Positions 1 through 13,823 are shown, numbered from the stretch's first letter. The stretch: 64,000 nucleotides of DNA from Octopus vulgaris (GCA_951406725.2 OX597820.1:122946001-123010000), one strand, 5' to 3'. Notes: generated from the sequence alone by a model not told the origin. Numbers and translations: made by a program.

Positions 1-676
1 CTGCTAGAATTGTTATTGTCTGGCGAATATAAACAATTTTCTTCTGATTTTACAAATGATTTGATTTTGAAAATGATCCAAGGGACTTAGACTTAATGCG
101 ACTGTGATAAAGATCAGAGGAAAATAATATCAAATAAATATAATGCAATCTATGTATAGATACATTGATTAGGAAGATCTTAGTTTATATTAGCTTTTAG
201 AGTGAGAGTAATTGCGATCGTGCAAAGGACACTGCAATGCCGGCAGTGAACTATGATTTGATAACTAATTCCACAAGAGCTATGGAATACCTCTACTAAA
301 TTCCATTTTGCTTTTAGTTTCGGCACTGCAGTATTTCAATTCAAACCCACTTGAGAACAAGTTTCATTTTCATGATTCTGACGTAGCATATAGTTGCATA
401 AATACAATCAAACGCTTCTGTCTGTTGGTTGCTCTAAGTAACAATGATAGACCAGGAGTAATGGCTCTCGATTGCTGGAGTTTCAGTGGAAGTGCCACGG
501 TTTCCAAATCTTGTTTGTTACAGCTTCATTAAGGAAACGTTGGATTTTCCAATGACGATTTTAAAGACTTTTATCTGCTTCTTTTTTTATCTTGTCCGTA
601 ATTTACGACTATGAAAGTGATAATGAAATTCAAATTAGTTATGGACAAAGTAAAATATAAGGTCATATATGCGCGC

Positions 677-1254
677 ACCTGTGTTGTAACTGAATCAAAT
701 AGTTCGTTTTGTTGTTATGTAGTCCAGCACTCACTCGCTTACCTGTCTCCTGTAATCACCTATACTCTATCCCTAACTCCAAAACACACACACACACACT
801 TTAATATCTTTACAAACTACCACTGCACCTCGTCCTTTTTCTTGGTAGCTGTGGTGTGTGCGAGAGATTCGAAATAAAGGCACCTACCTTCTCTTCGCTC
901 AGAGGGAGACCTTTCAGCGGTAATGGATCCTTCAACGCAGCTCGACCAGAACACTAGAAATATCAGCTGCTTTTCCCCTACCTTAACAACGTGCTCACAC
1001 GTCTTACTCGCTCGGCGACCTCGATCGAAAAGGCCGATTCCTGCCCTGCCTGCGCGCGCGTCATCCCTGTCCCTTCCGGTCAGCCCCAAGTTCCGGTCAG
1101 CTCCCCAGCTGCTGACGTCATCCCACAGTAGCATAAGTGACAGCAACTACATCGGTGGCAGAGAGACTAGGAAGGTCACAGGCACAGCCTGATTTTCTCG
1201 ACTAAAACCAATTGAAAAGATCAACCCTTCTTAAGCTCTCTTATAACCACAGGT
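677..1254. mobile_element. GC-rich unclassified element bounded by short inverted repeats (solo LTR or MITE)
   Basis: ACCTGTGTTGTAA at 677 and TTATAACCACAGGT ending at 1254 are imperfect inverted repeats around a GC/CpG-richer island; no clear TSD. Confidence 0.35.
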
Positions 1255-2552
1255 ACTCTCGCTGTGACCAGTCTCTACTTTTTCATGCTTAGTGAATAAA
1301 ATACTGAATGATTTAATATGTTCTTCACTATTCAAAGCAGTAGAGTATGGTTGGAAGAGACTTGGCTGTTATTTCTATCAGAGTAAGTCACAATATGAGA
1401 GTCTGCTTCGTAGTATTTAGTATTGGGTTATGGAATGTATGGCAGAGCAAAGTTAGTTCCATCTGAGCTGAGGACAGAGATGCGTTACAGCTGTAATAAT
1501 ATAGTTCTTACTAATGTTAGTCTATATTTCCATCGCCAATTGGTTCCACCCATTTAAGGAATACGTATAACTACGACTAATATTTCTCACTCTCAAAAAA
1601 CTACCAGGTGCATTCATTCATTCAAAGATATCAGCTGTTGATTAACTTCCAATCTGCCATGATAGACTACACGGTGGAGTTTCAACAGAAACCATTCCAT
1701 ATTTTTATATATATGGGTCTACATTATTATTTCTATTCTTCCATTCGTTGAGATGACAGTTTGTGACTTAAAAACCGTTCGGTTACTATTTCTTGCTGAT
1801 CTAGTGACTGCTTAGAAAGAGTTTGTTGAGGCAAATGTTGACATTTCGCTAACTCACAAACTTTCCATCATATTCATCCAAAAATATTTAAAACTGCTAT
1901 TTTATGATGATTTGCACAACATATATTGAATTCAAAGATGAAATATTTGTTTTAATTTAACACTCTCAATGGAGTCGATATCTAAGGCGGGGTAGTGGGA
2001 TTATGGTCAATAGAATCTACAACAGTACTTGGATGCTGGAAAAAATTATTTTTCCATCGCAAACAAGAAACACCACAGAAGGAGAATTTGCATGGTTGTT
2101 CGACGTGGTAGATATGACAAACAAATCCGTCTCAGATCACATTCTATAACATTAAAGAAAAGGAGAGACAATTGATCCTACTTATTTCTACAACTGGATA
2201 TTTTTCAATAAATCTTCTGATGCGGCGTTAAAGAAAAATGACAATAAACAGCAACAACATGACTAATAAAATAAACAAAGAAACAAAACTGGAGTTCGGC
2301 AAAACTGATAAAATAAGTAAAATTTCGTTTGGCGAGAGAAAGGGCAAGCTGTGCGGTTTGAATCAGGGCCCGTCTTCAAACAGAAAGGTATTCCATAAAT
2401 GAAGTGGCAGGAACAACAAGGCAACGAATTAGGTACTTTACAGCATTTATTTACGCACCTAATACAATACACTTAGTTGAAAGATAACAATATATATATA
2501 TGTTCTTTCATTTTTAATCTTCAAAGTAGGACAAAATAAATTCTAGGAATAG

Positions 2553-2606
2553 GATAAATCTTTCGTCTACAGATAAATCTTTCGTCTACAGATAAATCTT
2601 TCGTCC
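2553..2606 (+). repeat. About 19-bp tandem repeat x3 (GATAAATCTTTCGTCTACA)
   Basis: Direct reading; abuts a SINE fragment. Confidence 0.85.
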
Positions 2607-2706
2607 ACTGGTACTTATTTCATTTGAAGTCAGAACGTAATGACGTACGAACTGTCGCGAAGCATTTTGTCCGGCGAACTACCGATACTGCCAGCTGACC
2701 GTCTTT
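2605..2706 (-). mobile_element. Degenerate fragment of tRNA-derived SINE family A
   Basis: CTGGTACTTATTT...TTTGAAGTCAGAACGTAA...CTGCCAGCT matches the copy at 12176-12403. Confidence 0.7.
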
Positions 2707-4179
2707 ACAAGATATAAAATAATATTGTGGATTTAATTGACCTCTCCCTTAATTATTATAAGTAAAACTGGTTTAAACTAGTGTATCAATGCGAACAGGT
2801 GAAACATAAAATACTAAGAAAAAGATATTTCATCGCAGTCTCCAAGATTACAAGTCCGGGTATAGATTTGGAAAAGTCCAAATAAACCCATTCCAATGTT
2901 ACATATTCCTGCACATCACTAGTAGCTTCATTTATAGGATACTGTAGTTTCAGATACGATTCGTCTTGGTGTAACTGCAACGCCTGTCATCAATGGTTTC
3001 ATTAGTCGGAGTGAATGCGTAACAATAACAAGGTACGAAATAGAAAACCAATTTAGCACACTCTCGGTCATATGTATAAACACAAGTCAGTAGTTTAAAA
3101 TATTTTGAATATATATATATATATATATGATGCTATGAATTTGTGTTTAGTGGCGGTTTATGAGCATCATTGAACATAAATGAACCCATCTGAAACATAC
3201 ATCTTTGTGCCTAACAAATTATGAATGTGTAATCAAAAACACGGATGCTAAATAAGATAGACTGATGAAAAACAATTACAATATGAAATATAGGAAGGGA
3301 AGAATGATGGTTAGAAATTGCTTCTATAGCCTCAGCAGAATACGCTACAACTGATTATCAACTCCGTTGGGGTGAAATGGTTTCACTAAGTTGGTTAATA
3401 AGTGAATCATCGTGGGATATATAAAGCAGATGTTTGATAAACAGCCATGGTGTTTGCCATTCTGATCGAACCATTTTGCATTTACATATGATTTCATTAT
3501 TCTGTGATATTTTCTTTCCTGCTATAATTCATGTGTTGTGTGTTTCATTTATATTTCATGCCAAATAAGAAAGATATATTGATATATAATTATCTAGATA
3601 ATTATATGCAGTAATAAGGTTATTAACGTATGTGTATGCGAGTTGTTTTAACAAGGCAAATATAAAAATGTCCACAGATATAAGCAAACCTTTTTTATGC
3701 ATAAATATATTTGCTCGAGTATGCACATGCGTAGTGTGTGCTGTAGAGTTCCATTTCCATGTTGGCAGCCTATAACTACTTACTCATAGAACATAGATAC
3801 AGTTAAGCATTTAAGAATTTGATACAAAGAATTTCCACTGTTCGAGGCAAGCCAAACGATTCAGTGACAATGAATAGAAGTATTAGAGAGAATGGAAATA
3901 TAATAGCAATAACTGAAGAACGTCCTGCATTAGCTACCAGTCGGGTATATACATAAATTCACACACATACACACACACGCACATGCACACACACAGACTC
4001 ACACACGCACTCACACACGCACTCACATACGCACTCATACACAAACACGCATGCAGTCACACACGAACATGCACGCACGTGCATACACACATATACGCTC
4101 GCACAAACACGCACGTTTAGATATAATTGCTTGATGGATACCTTCTACGCCCTTGTTCCTGGGAGATAACAAGGATGAA

Positions 4180-4306
4180 AATTTATTCTTTAGTATTTCA
4201 AGATATTTTTATGTAATTTTGGTAAATACATCTGTTAAAATGAGATGTCAGTGTTATTTTCATTTTTGCGTAATCTAGACAACAGTTTATTCACCGCACC
4301 CCGTAT
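4180..4306 (+). mobile_element. Right end of Tc1/mariner (maT-like) element
   Basis: Clearly similar to 40495-40618, the right terminus of the DD37D element. Confidence 0.7.
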
Positions 4307-4627
4307 ATACACACACGCACACGCGCACGCACACACACACACACACACACACTCACGCACACACATATATAATGGTATTTTTTATAAACTTAAAGCGACC
4401 ACCGTACAAATGATTAAGGAAATAGTCTAATAATGGGAAATATAAGCCCGTCAACAGTAAAAAAAATGTCGGCTTTCCCGTAAGCGTGGGACTCGAATCC
4501 TCATCCCTTTGTGAACGTGACTAACTGTATTACCGATCACACCAGCGAACGAGCCTGCTATCAAATTTAAGTACTATATTAGTTGATAGTTGCTTTTGTA
4601 AACAAACTTTGTGCTTTCGGTACGAAT

Positions 4628-4899
4628 TACTCTACATTTAGGTATAGGAATAAACGCAACAGTACAGGGTTTAGTAAATTAACTTGGTATCTAAAAAACA
4701 GCAATAAACAATTTTATTTGGATTGATTGATTCTCTAAATTTCGATACCTTATGATAAAGGCAAGGAATTCTGTCTTCTCTGTAATTCTGCACTATTTTT
4801 TATTCTTTTTTTTCTAAAAATCCCCTTGTAAACACGGTTATAGAGCGTGCATACCGATGTAAACACTGGCAGAAACACACCATTAGTTCATATAAGTGA
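4628..4899 (+). pseudogene. Penelope-like element (Neptune-type) GIY-YIG endonuclease C-terminus, disrupted
   Basis: Manual translation YSTFRYRNKRNSTGFSKLTWYLK...PYDKGKEFCLLCNS..FFILF / NPLVNTVIERAYRCKHWQKH resembles the PLE C-terminal pattern STxLSKxIWxLK..PY..CxLC..LN..E..CRH; stops and a frameshift. Confidence 0.75.
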
Positions 4900-5119
4900 T
4901 ATTTATCATTATATATAATTTACACATTAATTTTCTTCTTACATTTCACATTCACTAGATATATCTTTTTCCAAGACTTTAGTTTACTCTCCTCTTTCTA
5001 TAGGTTATATTTGACACTATATCCTCAAACGTTTTTTTAAAACAAATTTAATAGCGTTCACTTAATCCCTATACATATCCATCATATTCCGTTAAAGTGT
5101 TTTATTGACGAGTTTCATT

Positions 5120-5203
5120 TCTTCATTTCCCTGAAGAGAAGATTACATTGTTTTACACCATTTTATTCCTTTGTGTTCGAAATTTGTGTCGGAAGTAAAA
5201 GAA
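5120..5203 (+). ncRNA. Minimal type I hammerhead ribozyme in PLE 3' region (degenerate stem III)
   Basis: TTCC-CTGAAGA(5131)-GAA...TTC-GAAA(5179)-TTTGTG-TC-GGAA; stems I and II pair; lies just downstream of the PLE ORF relic. Confidence 0.6.
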
Positions 5204-5240
5204 TTTGAATAACACCTGCGTTTAACTCCATTTATTTAGT

Positions 5241-5259
5241 TATATATATGTATATATGT

Positions 5260-5328
<69 letters not shown>

Positions 5329-5383
5329 ATATATATATACATATATATATATATGTATATATGTACATATATATGCATAAATG

Positions 5384-5414
<31 letters not shown>

Positions 5415-5537
5415 ATATATATGTCTATATATATATATATGTATATATATGTATATATATATGTATGTGTATATATATATATACATGTATATATATATAT
5501 ATGTATACGTATATATATGTATATACATACATGTATA

Positions 5538-5605
<68 letters not shown>

Positions 5606-5630
5606 TACATTTATATGTATGTATATATAT
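5241..5630. repeat. (TA)n/(TATG) microsatellite
   Basis: Direct reading; source of the YI-repeat ORFs. Confidence 0.95.
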
Positions 5631-5694
5631 GAATGGCTGGTATGTAAGTGTATAATTGTATTTCTGTATTTGTTTTTTTCTGCATTGTGTGAAA

Positions 5695-5780
5695 ACGTCC
5701 TGATGAGGCAAGTGTCAGTTTTAAAAATATTAACTATATCATATTACTTTGAACGTCTCGGAAACGGCCCGTATATGGAG
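5695..5780 (+). ncRNA. Degenerate hammerhead-like motif
   Basis: CTGATGA at 5700, GAAA-CGGCCCG-TA at 5761; stem I imperfect. Confidence 0.35.
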
Positions 5781-6607
5781 ATTAAAAATTTTTGTATTAT
5801 TTTCGTGGTATTTTAATACGTTCTTTTAACGTTCTATCATCTCAATTTTTTTTAATTACACCACAGTATTATAACTTTGAAATCTAAAATTCACTGTGTT
5901 TTATGTATCACATATGTATTTATCTATTTATACGTTGTTGTGGCTGTATGTAAAGTTACTGTATGTGTGTTTGTGTACGTATATGAGTTCACTCACTATG
6001 TTGTTTGTGTCTGTGCATTTTGTACAGTTTTTGTTACCTATTTATTTCTATTTCTTATATTTATCATAGGTATGTGAATATTTGTCTATTGCCGTTGAAT
6101 TACAGTTTGTACCGGGTTTTTTTTTTCACTCACTTCTGTCTTTAGTAGTGATGCTGCGTGGGGTCGTGCTGGATGTTATTATTCCATTCGTGTTTTCTGT
6201 TGAGGCTGGCTCGGTCTCTCTATTGGTGTGTCGTGTCAGTTCTATGAGATAATGATACCTTCATCTGTATGTTATTAACCGAGCCTCTAATGTTCTGCTT
6301 GAGTATGTTGGTAGAGCACAGACGTGCCTTACTCCTCTCTGATCTCCCGCCAGAGTTCCCTTAAACGCTCCCCTATACTGCTTGCGTCTCCCTATCATTC
6401 AATTCTGTAACACGACTGTCACTAGACGAACCTATTGATTGCGTAACACATGAAAGTACCAGTTTATTTCAATATTGTAAAATTGTGAAAACTGAAAATA
6501 ATAGAACGTAAAATTCAGACAAAGTTGGAATTTTATTGATTAAAATATTCTTCTGAACACAATCATACAAACCCGGATATATATTTACACACACACACAC
6601 ACATACA

Positions 6608-6666
<59 letters not shown>

Positions 6667-7172
6667 CTCTTTCGAGAAGAAGAGTAGAAGAAACGATGAC
6701 GTGATATCTCGGAAGTGTATCTTTTTGCTCTCCTCTAATAGATTATTTTTAAGACTTTCAATATCATGATAAATGATACACATATAAGACACATATGCTA
6801 ACACACATACACATACACATACACACACACATACATATACACACACACATACTCACACACACGTCTGCAATTGGCAATGTCTTAGTAAAACTCAGAATTT
6901 ATGCATACAGAATATTTTGACGCAAACAGACTTGTGCAAATATACATAAGAAAATAAATGTAGCTTTTAGATGTAGGATAAATTTTCCACTCGGGAATCG
7001 CTCACTTGGGAGGTTTATGTTCAAAAAATGTTCACGGTAAGAAAATATGTTGCAATAAACACGCATGCCCGCGCGCGCGAAACACATATGTACATACATT
7101 CATATGTACGCACATACATATATGCGCATACATACAAGGATACATGTACAAACTCATACATGACTACATATC

Positions 7173-7211
<39 letters not shown>

Positions 7212-7231
7212 ACTATATATACATATATATT

Positions 7232-7284
<53 letters not shown>

Positions 7285-7629
7285 AAATATATATATTTAT
7301 GTGCATATATAAGTATATACAATCCTACACACATAAATATATTATGAATGTGTGTGTGTGTGTGTGCGTGTTCTCACCGTTTCAGTGTCATGTTTCTAAT
7401 ATTTTCATGTGCTTTATTTCGTTAAAAGTTCTTTGTCACAATTTTAGGCTTAATACTGACTATGCAGCTATGTCCCCACAAAATGTGTCCTCAAATACCT
7501 TACGCCCCCTGGATTTTTATATATATATATATATATATAATAATAAATATTAGGGAATAAATCCAAACTTACAGGGAAAAATCAGATTTAGGATTGAATC
7601 CAATTTTATAGTAAAAAATTATATTATAT

Positions 7630-7888
7630 TAAATTAGAGATAAAACCACTATTAGGCAAATCATACAATGAAAAACTTAAGCCAATACATAAGATTATTT
7701 AATTTATATTATTTAAATATATAACAAAATTATTTAAAATTATTAAAAAAATATAATTAATATATAATTAATTATATTTTTTTAATAATTTTGTTATATA
7801 TTTAAATAATATAAATTAAATAATCTTATGTATTGGCTTAAGTTTTTCATTGTATGATTTGCCTAATAGTGGTTTTATCTCTAATTTA
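7630..7888. repeat. About 260-bp near-perfect palindrome (foldback) between (TA)n tracts
   Basis: TAAATTAGAGATAAAACCACTATTAGGCAAATC... is mirrored by ...GATTTGCCTAATAGTGGTTTTATCTCTAATTTA; centre near 7765, one small indel. Confidence 0.9.
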
Positions 7889-7889
7889 T

Positions 7890-7932
<43 letters not shown>

Positions 7933-7951
7933 TAGATAGATAGATAGATAG

Positions 7952-8021
<70 letters not shown>

Positions 8022-8057
8022 TAATAATAATAATAATAACAATAATAATAATAATAA
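7890..8057. repeat. Compound (TA)n(GATA)n(AAT)n microsatellite
   Basis: Direct reading. Confidence 0.95.
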
Positions 8058-8058
8058 A

Positions 8059-8420
8059 GGGTAAAATTAATTAATCAATTTATAATTAATAATTTTGCAA
8101 TGTAATTTGGTATGTTAAAAGATTTACATGTCTTTAACCCAGAAACGCGTATATAGTTCTTCAAAGCTGGGTGGATTCGTTATTGTTTTCTTTTTACCTG
8201 CCTGAGTTGAGAGAATTACTGCTTGGGAGATATCTGATGGTAATGGAATAGAATTTAGCTGCTATTTCTAAATTTCGGTATGGGGTGAAGAAATTTTGCT
8301 GAACCCTAGTTATAATTATGCTTATAATTATAGAATTTTTCTATAAGGTTATTGGTTCTTTTAAAATACCGGACTACTTGGTAAATTTATTTATTTTTAA
8401 TTGATTAATCAATTTTAACC
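8059..8420. mobile_element. Old insertion with about 65-bp imperfect terminal inverted repeats, possibly PLE-derived
   Basis: GGGTAAAATTAATTAATCAATT...GGTATGTTAAAAGA versus the reverse complement of 8357-8420; half-HHR GAAACGCGTA at 8142. Confidence 0.5.
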
Positions 8421-8544
8421 ATTATTATTATTGATAATATAATTCACTCCCTGATAGTAAACATGAAAATCTAATAAGATTTTGATGTTACCCTCTCTGG
8501 TAATGGTTGTTCAACAACTTGGCTTTCTTGACGTTTACTGTTAT

Positions 8545-10150
8545 ACCAAATTGATGGTAGACAATAGCAAAATTGTTCACTTACATTTTGAGTTGTTTTA
8601 AATGACAGAGGGTGGCATTGTCATCAGCATAATGAAATCCACAGAGACGTCGGGGGTGTGTTAGATGTTTAGATCGAAGGCTTCTAAGATTGGAAAGTCC
8701 TCCAGCATATCGATATCGTGAAGTACAGCCGCAAGATACAAGAAGACTAGCGTAGATGCCAAGACGCGTCCTTGTTTTAGTCCCTACATGATTAAAAATT
8801 ATTCTGACAATATGTTTTAAAGTCATATATTGCTTAAACGAGAGGGATAACGTGATCAGGACATCAAAAAACAATGAAGAACTTCCTACATAACATTTGG
8901 GACACTATTAAAGGACTTTACGAAAAAATAGTAAAGAAGAAAAATGGATTTTTGTCATTCCTTGCCTTTCTTTTGGAGTTAGTTTGCACAGAAAATCATA
9001 TCAATTGTACCATGAGATGCATGGAATCTACATTGAGATTCTGGTAGGATGTTCTCTTTCTTGAGCCGATTTAGAAGAAACCTGGCAAAGACATTTCCAA
9101 TGAAAGTAATGATGTTCCTCTGCAGTTCCCACAAGCTTTTCGACCACCATTTTTTAAGTTGGTTACGACTTGCAAATTTCAGTTATTCAGGAACGTGTTG
9201 GGGCTCCTACATCTTCAGGATGAGGATAAAGATGCAGATTTGATCAGCTCGAAATGGATGTTATCTGGGTCTGGAGACTTTCTTGGTCTCAATTGCTTCA
9301 TAGCTTGCTTGAATTCATGAAGATTAGGCCTCCTCTTTATCCACAACTGAGGGGGAGAATTTAAGACGTTTCCCAGGAAGTTCTCGGTTGTGTTCTAGTT
9401 TCTATTTAACAGAGTGAAAACATGTTCTTTCCAGCATAGGTGTATGTCTTGTGGATCGTTCAGCATGCTTATATTGTCAGCATGTAGAAAGAATCTTCCA
9501 CTAGATGTTCGCACAGGACCACATAGTTGTTTCGTTCCGGCATAGAAGTTGATGAGATTGCGAGCATCTGCGTAGCTTTGAAGTTCGACTGTTTTTTCTT
9601 GGCACCAAATGCTCTGCAGTTTTCTTAGATTTGTTTCGCAATCCTTTTTAGCTTCTGGAAATGCTTTTCTTCTTTTTTAGAGTCTGGATTTTCGGTTTTG
9701 CTCATGAACCAGTTGAGCGTTCATTTTCGTTTCAATCAGGTTGCAGATTTCAATATTGTTTTCATCAAAGCAGTCCTGATTTTTAGTCTTGCTGAAGGTA
9801 ACGATGGTTCTGTGACCATGTCCCGAATGCTTCTCCATTCTTCATCAACAGATTGGTTGTTTACCTGATTAGAACTAATTTCCTGACATATTTTAGCTTC
9901 AAAGATGGGTGTAGTGTCAGGGTTCCGGAGATTTGAGATGTTATATTTTCTACGAAATTGTGGTTGATGCTCCATCTTTGGTGTTTTACGAATGGTGGTT
10001 ATCATGCGTTTAGTAATAAGGCGATGATCTGTCCAGCAATCCCCGGCATTAAGGCCCACCTCGTGACGAGGACGTCTCTTTTGTCTTATTGCCATATAAT
10101 GACATAGTCTATCAGATGCCAGTGATCAGGGATGCATCCATGTTGTCTGG
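8545..10150 (-). mobile_element. RTE-clade LINE relic (APE endonuclease end plus RT pieces)
   Basis: TTWMHP..HWHLIDYVI near 10095-10148, CWTDHRLI in ORF 9736-10095, YADD in ORF 8581-8874; stops, frameshifts, deletions. Confidence 0.85.
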
Positions 10151-12175
10151 GATTCATATTATAATCAATCCAGTAGGATTTATATCATAATGATACAATA
10201 GTGCTTGCTATAGCATTGACAACAACCCTACAATGCCTCCTTTACTCCTGTTGTCTCTGAACTGTGGCCAAGCTGTAGTACTGCCTTATAGATTTTCGAA
10301 TTTTGAGGCCTAAACAGACTGATAGGGATTATAATCTAGCGCCGATATGAAAACTGAAACACAAAACTCCCGATTGGTAAGTTATTGACTTGGTCAGTCG
10401 CTATTTCATTGAAAATGCTTATATAGCATTAAAGGAAATAATGTCACTACCAAAATTCCATGAAATATTAAGTAGTTGTGATAAAACAACACCAACAAAT
10501 AATAACCAAATGTCAACTGGATGTGAAAGAGAAGACACAAACGACATTATAACCAAGCGTATAGTAAGAGATTGTGTAATGTCATTGAAATATTAACTTC
10601 GTAAGAGACATGACATGGCCGCCAAAACAATTCAAAATGTAATTTGACAAAGAAGAAAGACTTCAGCAGAGACAACCGAACTGATAATTGAAAATGATAG
10701 ATTTTCAAAAAACTGGTGAAAGTTGGAAATAGGCATTGAAAAGCATGTGAAGACAAAACTCGCATGACATTATTATTTGAGAAATTAAATTGTAATACAT
10801 GTTCTATTGTAACAACTATTGGTACACTTGATGTCGTCAGTTATAAGGAAATAGAGTGATTACATGAACGAAATATTATTAATGGATCACAAACAAGAAC
10901 ATTTTACAAGTAAAATAACCTTGTTATAAATAAATTCTGCTTTAAACCAGAAATATATTACTGTAAAAGTTACCAGTTCTAATGGGGATTACTCTGTGTG
11001 CATGTAAATATATATACATATATACATAAATGCATACATACATATATGGACACATGCACATATACGAATAAATAATTCTATTCTCTCTCTCTTTCTTTCT
11101 TTCTTTGTATATGTATATATCTTTACACATACATACATGTGTGTATGTGTGTGTGTATTGCTGTGTGTCGGTTTATGTATATTTTCTTCTGCTTTTAATT
11201 TTCTGAAATGTTGCAGTAAGGAAGGAGCTAATTTCTAGCAAAGACTCAAAACACCAAGATTGGAATTTAGATAACCAAAGCATCACGCTTTGAACCTGAG
11301 AAAAGTCTTGCATATTTTTACTGTTGCACTTACAGTTTGGATATGTAATGTGCATGCAAGCTGGTTGTCTTGAAAAAACCAGCATATCCAGATTGTCCCT
11401 TAGGCATTTACTCATAAAGTGAAGTGCACCAATCCTTATTTGTATAAGTGTAAATTAATAATTTTGGTATCGAAGCTAAAGATCTGGAAGTCGTTGTACG
11501 TAGCAATATATCGCTTTGGTTTTCGAAGAGATATTCACATCAGCAGAGGAACTGACGTCTATTCCGGTACATGAGTTTTCTTGTTTGTCACAAATAAAGG
11601 ATATCCGGTTTGTAATGATTGCACTTGGATGAAGGTCTGGTGGGAATGTTCCATTGCCCTGATATTTGTGTATATATAAATTTACAAAGACTTTCTAAAT
11701 GAAAACTTACCTCGGAATTGTAATGCTTATATAAGAAGGTGAAAGTGGATGCGAAATAATATACCATGTGTAGATAACAATAGGAATACAGAGGGCAAAA
11801 TTCATCCAGTAGAAATTTAATTACCTCAGGGTAGTTAGAAAGGGAGTATTTCTGAGAGGGTAGCATAAAAGAAGACGAAACGTTAGACATATACGAGAAA
11901 ATGTGAGGCATTTAGGACTATCTTGGGACCACCGATACAATATTTCCTTAAAGGAGAGAGAAAAATTAGTGGTCTTACATAAAGTTGAATATATTTTGGT
12001 GGAGACAGAATGAAAGAGATTTGCTGTTCAAGGGGAGATAATAATTTTTAAGCTTATCACTCTCTTCTTTTCAGTAAAGATTTTTTTTTGAAAGAGTGAA
12101 AGGGCTGAGATGTTACTGCATATATTTCTGTTATTATGATTCTTTATTATTATCATAATAGCCATGTTTGATATC

Positions 12176-12403
12176 TGTTTCTTTATTGCCCACAAGGGGC
12201 TAAACACAGAGGGGACAAATAAGGACAGATAAACGGATTAAGTCAATTATATCGACCCCAGTGCGTAACTGGTACTTAGTTAATCGACCCCGAAATGATG
12301 AAAGGCAAAGTCGACCTCGGCGGAATTTGAACTCAGAACGTAACGGCAGACGAAATACGGCTACACATTTCGCCTGGCGTGCTAACGGTTCTGCCAGCTC
12401 GCC
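12176..12403 (-). mobile_element. tRNA-derived SINE family A (Nin/Deu-like core)
   Basis: B-box-like GAGTTCAAATTCC and core GTCGACTTTGCCTTTCATC on minus strand; TSD GCCATGTTTGATATC at 12161 and 12401. Confidence 0.9.
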
Positions 12404-13419
12404 ATGTTTGATATCATTTCATCGTCCTTTCGAATCTTCAGCACAGCTCAACTTGAGATTTTCGAATTATTTTATCTAAGTTCATTTCATTTGTGATCAA
12501 AATGTAAAGTTGCAGTTAACGCCTATTGATTTTTTTTCTTCAAATAGTGGACAGAGGAGAAAATATGTATGTATAAGCAACTATATATTTTTGAGGAAAG
12601 CGTTGTGAATTTGTTTTAAAAGTCCAGGAGATTTATACTATGCAGTAAATCTTTAAACTGTTCCTGTCACTGAGATGAACCGGATATCTTTTGTAAACGA
12701 GGACCATAAGGGAATTATGGCGTGCAACAGAATGATCTAGATAAGTCTTTTTTTTTTCTCCTTTTTCTTTTTACCTTCATCTTCAAAAAGAACAGAAATA
12801 AAAGAAATGCAAAACAAAAGAAGGTTGTGTTTTTCAGTGAACAACGGTTACAAATACAACAACAATTATAAAAGCAAAATGCAAAAACAGATTAACAATG
12901 ACAAAAGAATAATGCGTCAAGTTGGATAGCTTTTTTTTTTTGTTAGTCATTTAATCAATGGTAGAGAGATGAAAGACAACCCTGATATCTGTTGGGATTT
13001 GAATTGAAGAAACATATACAATCAAAACTCAAGGGGGAGAGATAGTTGGCTGACGACGATGGGGCTGGGTGCTAAAATGAATAAGAGTAAGATGTTAACC
13101 CAATCTGTTTTGCTATCTACTAATATTTCCTTTGCATTGTTTTACGATGAATGAAAAAACAAACGATGATATAATGTCTCTACCCGACTGGTTATATACT
13201 CTTTGTTTCGTTATTTCTTTTCCTGTTACTTTCCGTTATCTTTGAGGAATTTAGTAAATCTAGATCACATGATACGTTTTAGAAAATGACTACACCCTTC
13301 CTTATATGCAAGTTACATTGTGGCATTATTTCATCAGTAGTTGTGTTGTGCAATCTAATCTCACGGGAGAGAATGAAATAAGAACAGAAAACCGGCACAA
13401 CGGGATCATGAGTGTGCGT

Positions 13420-13478
13420 GAGTATATATGTATATATATGTATGTATATATATATATATATTTATATATGTATGTATG

Positions 13479-13535
<57 letters not shown>

Positions 13536-13576
13536 ATGTATATATATATATATGTATATGTATATGTATATGTATG

Positions 13577-13618
<42 letters not shown>

Positions 13619-13671
13619 CATACATATACATATATACATATATATATATACATGTACATACATACATATAC

Positions 13672-13716
<45 letters not shown>

Positions 13717-13823
13717 CATACATAAGTACGTACACTCATGATCACGTTGTGTCGGTTTTCTTATGTATATATATATATATATATGTATAATTATATAAAT
13801 ATGTGTACGTATGTCTGTATGTA

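Noticed and set aside
817-1192. Overlapping 109-aa and 89-aa ORFs as host exons
   Set aside because: No recognisable domain or splice context; explained by locally high GC
6229-6448. Short solo LTR (TGT...ACA ends)
   Set aside because: No matching TSD and no second copy in the window
11240-12090. Degraded PLE coding relic on minus strand (KCLRDNL)
   Set aside because: Only one weak motif; cannot be supported without an HMM search
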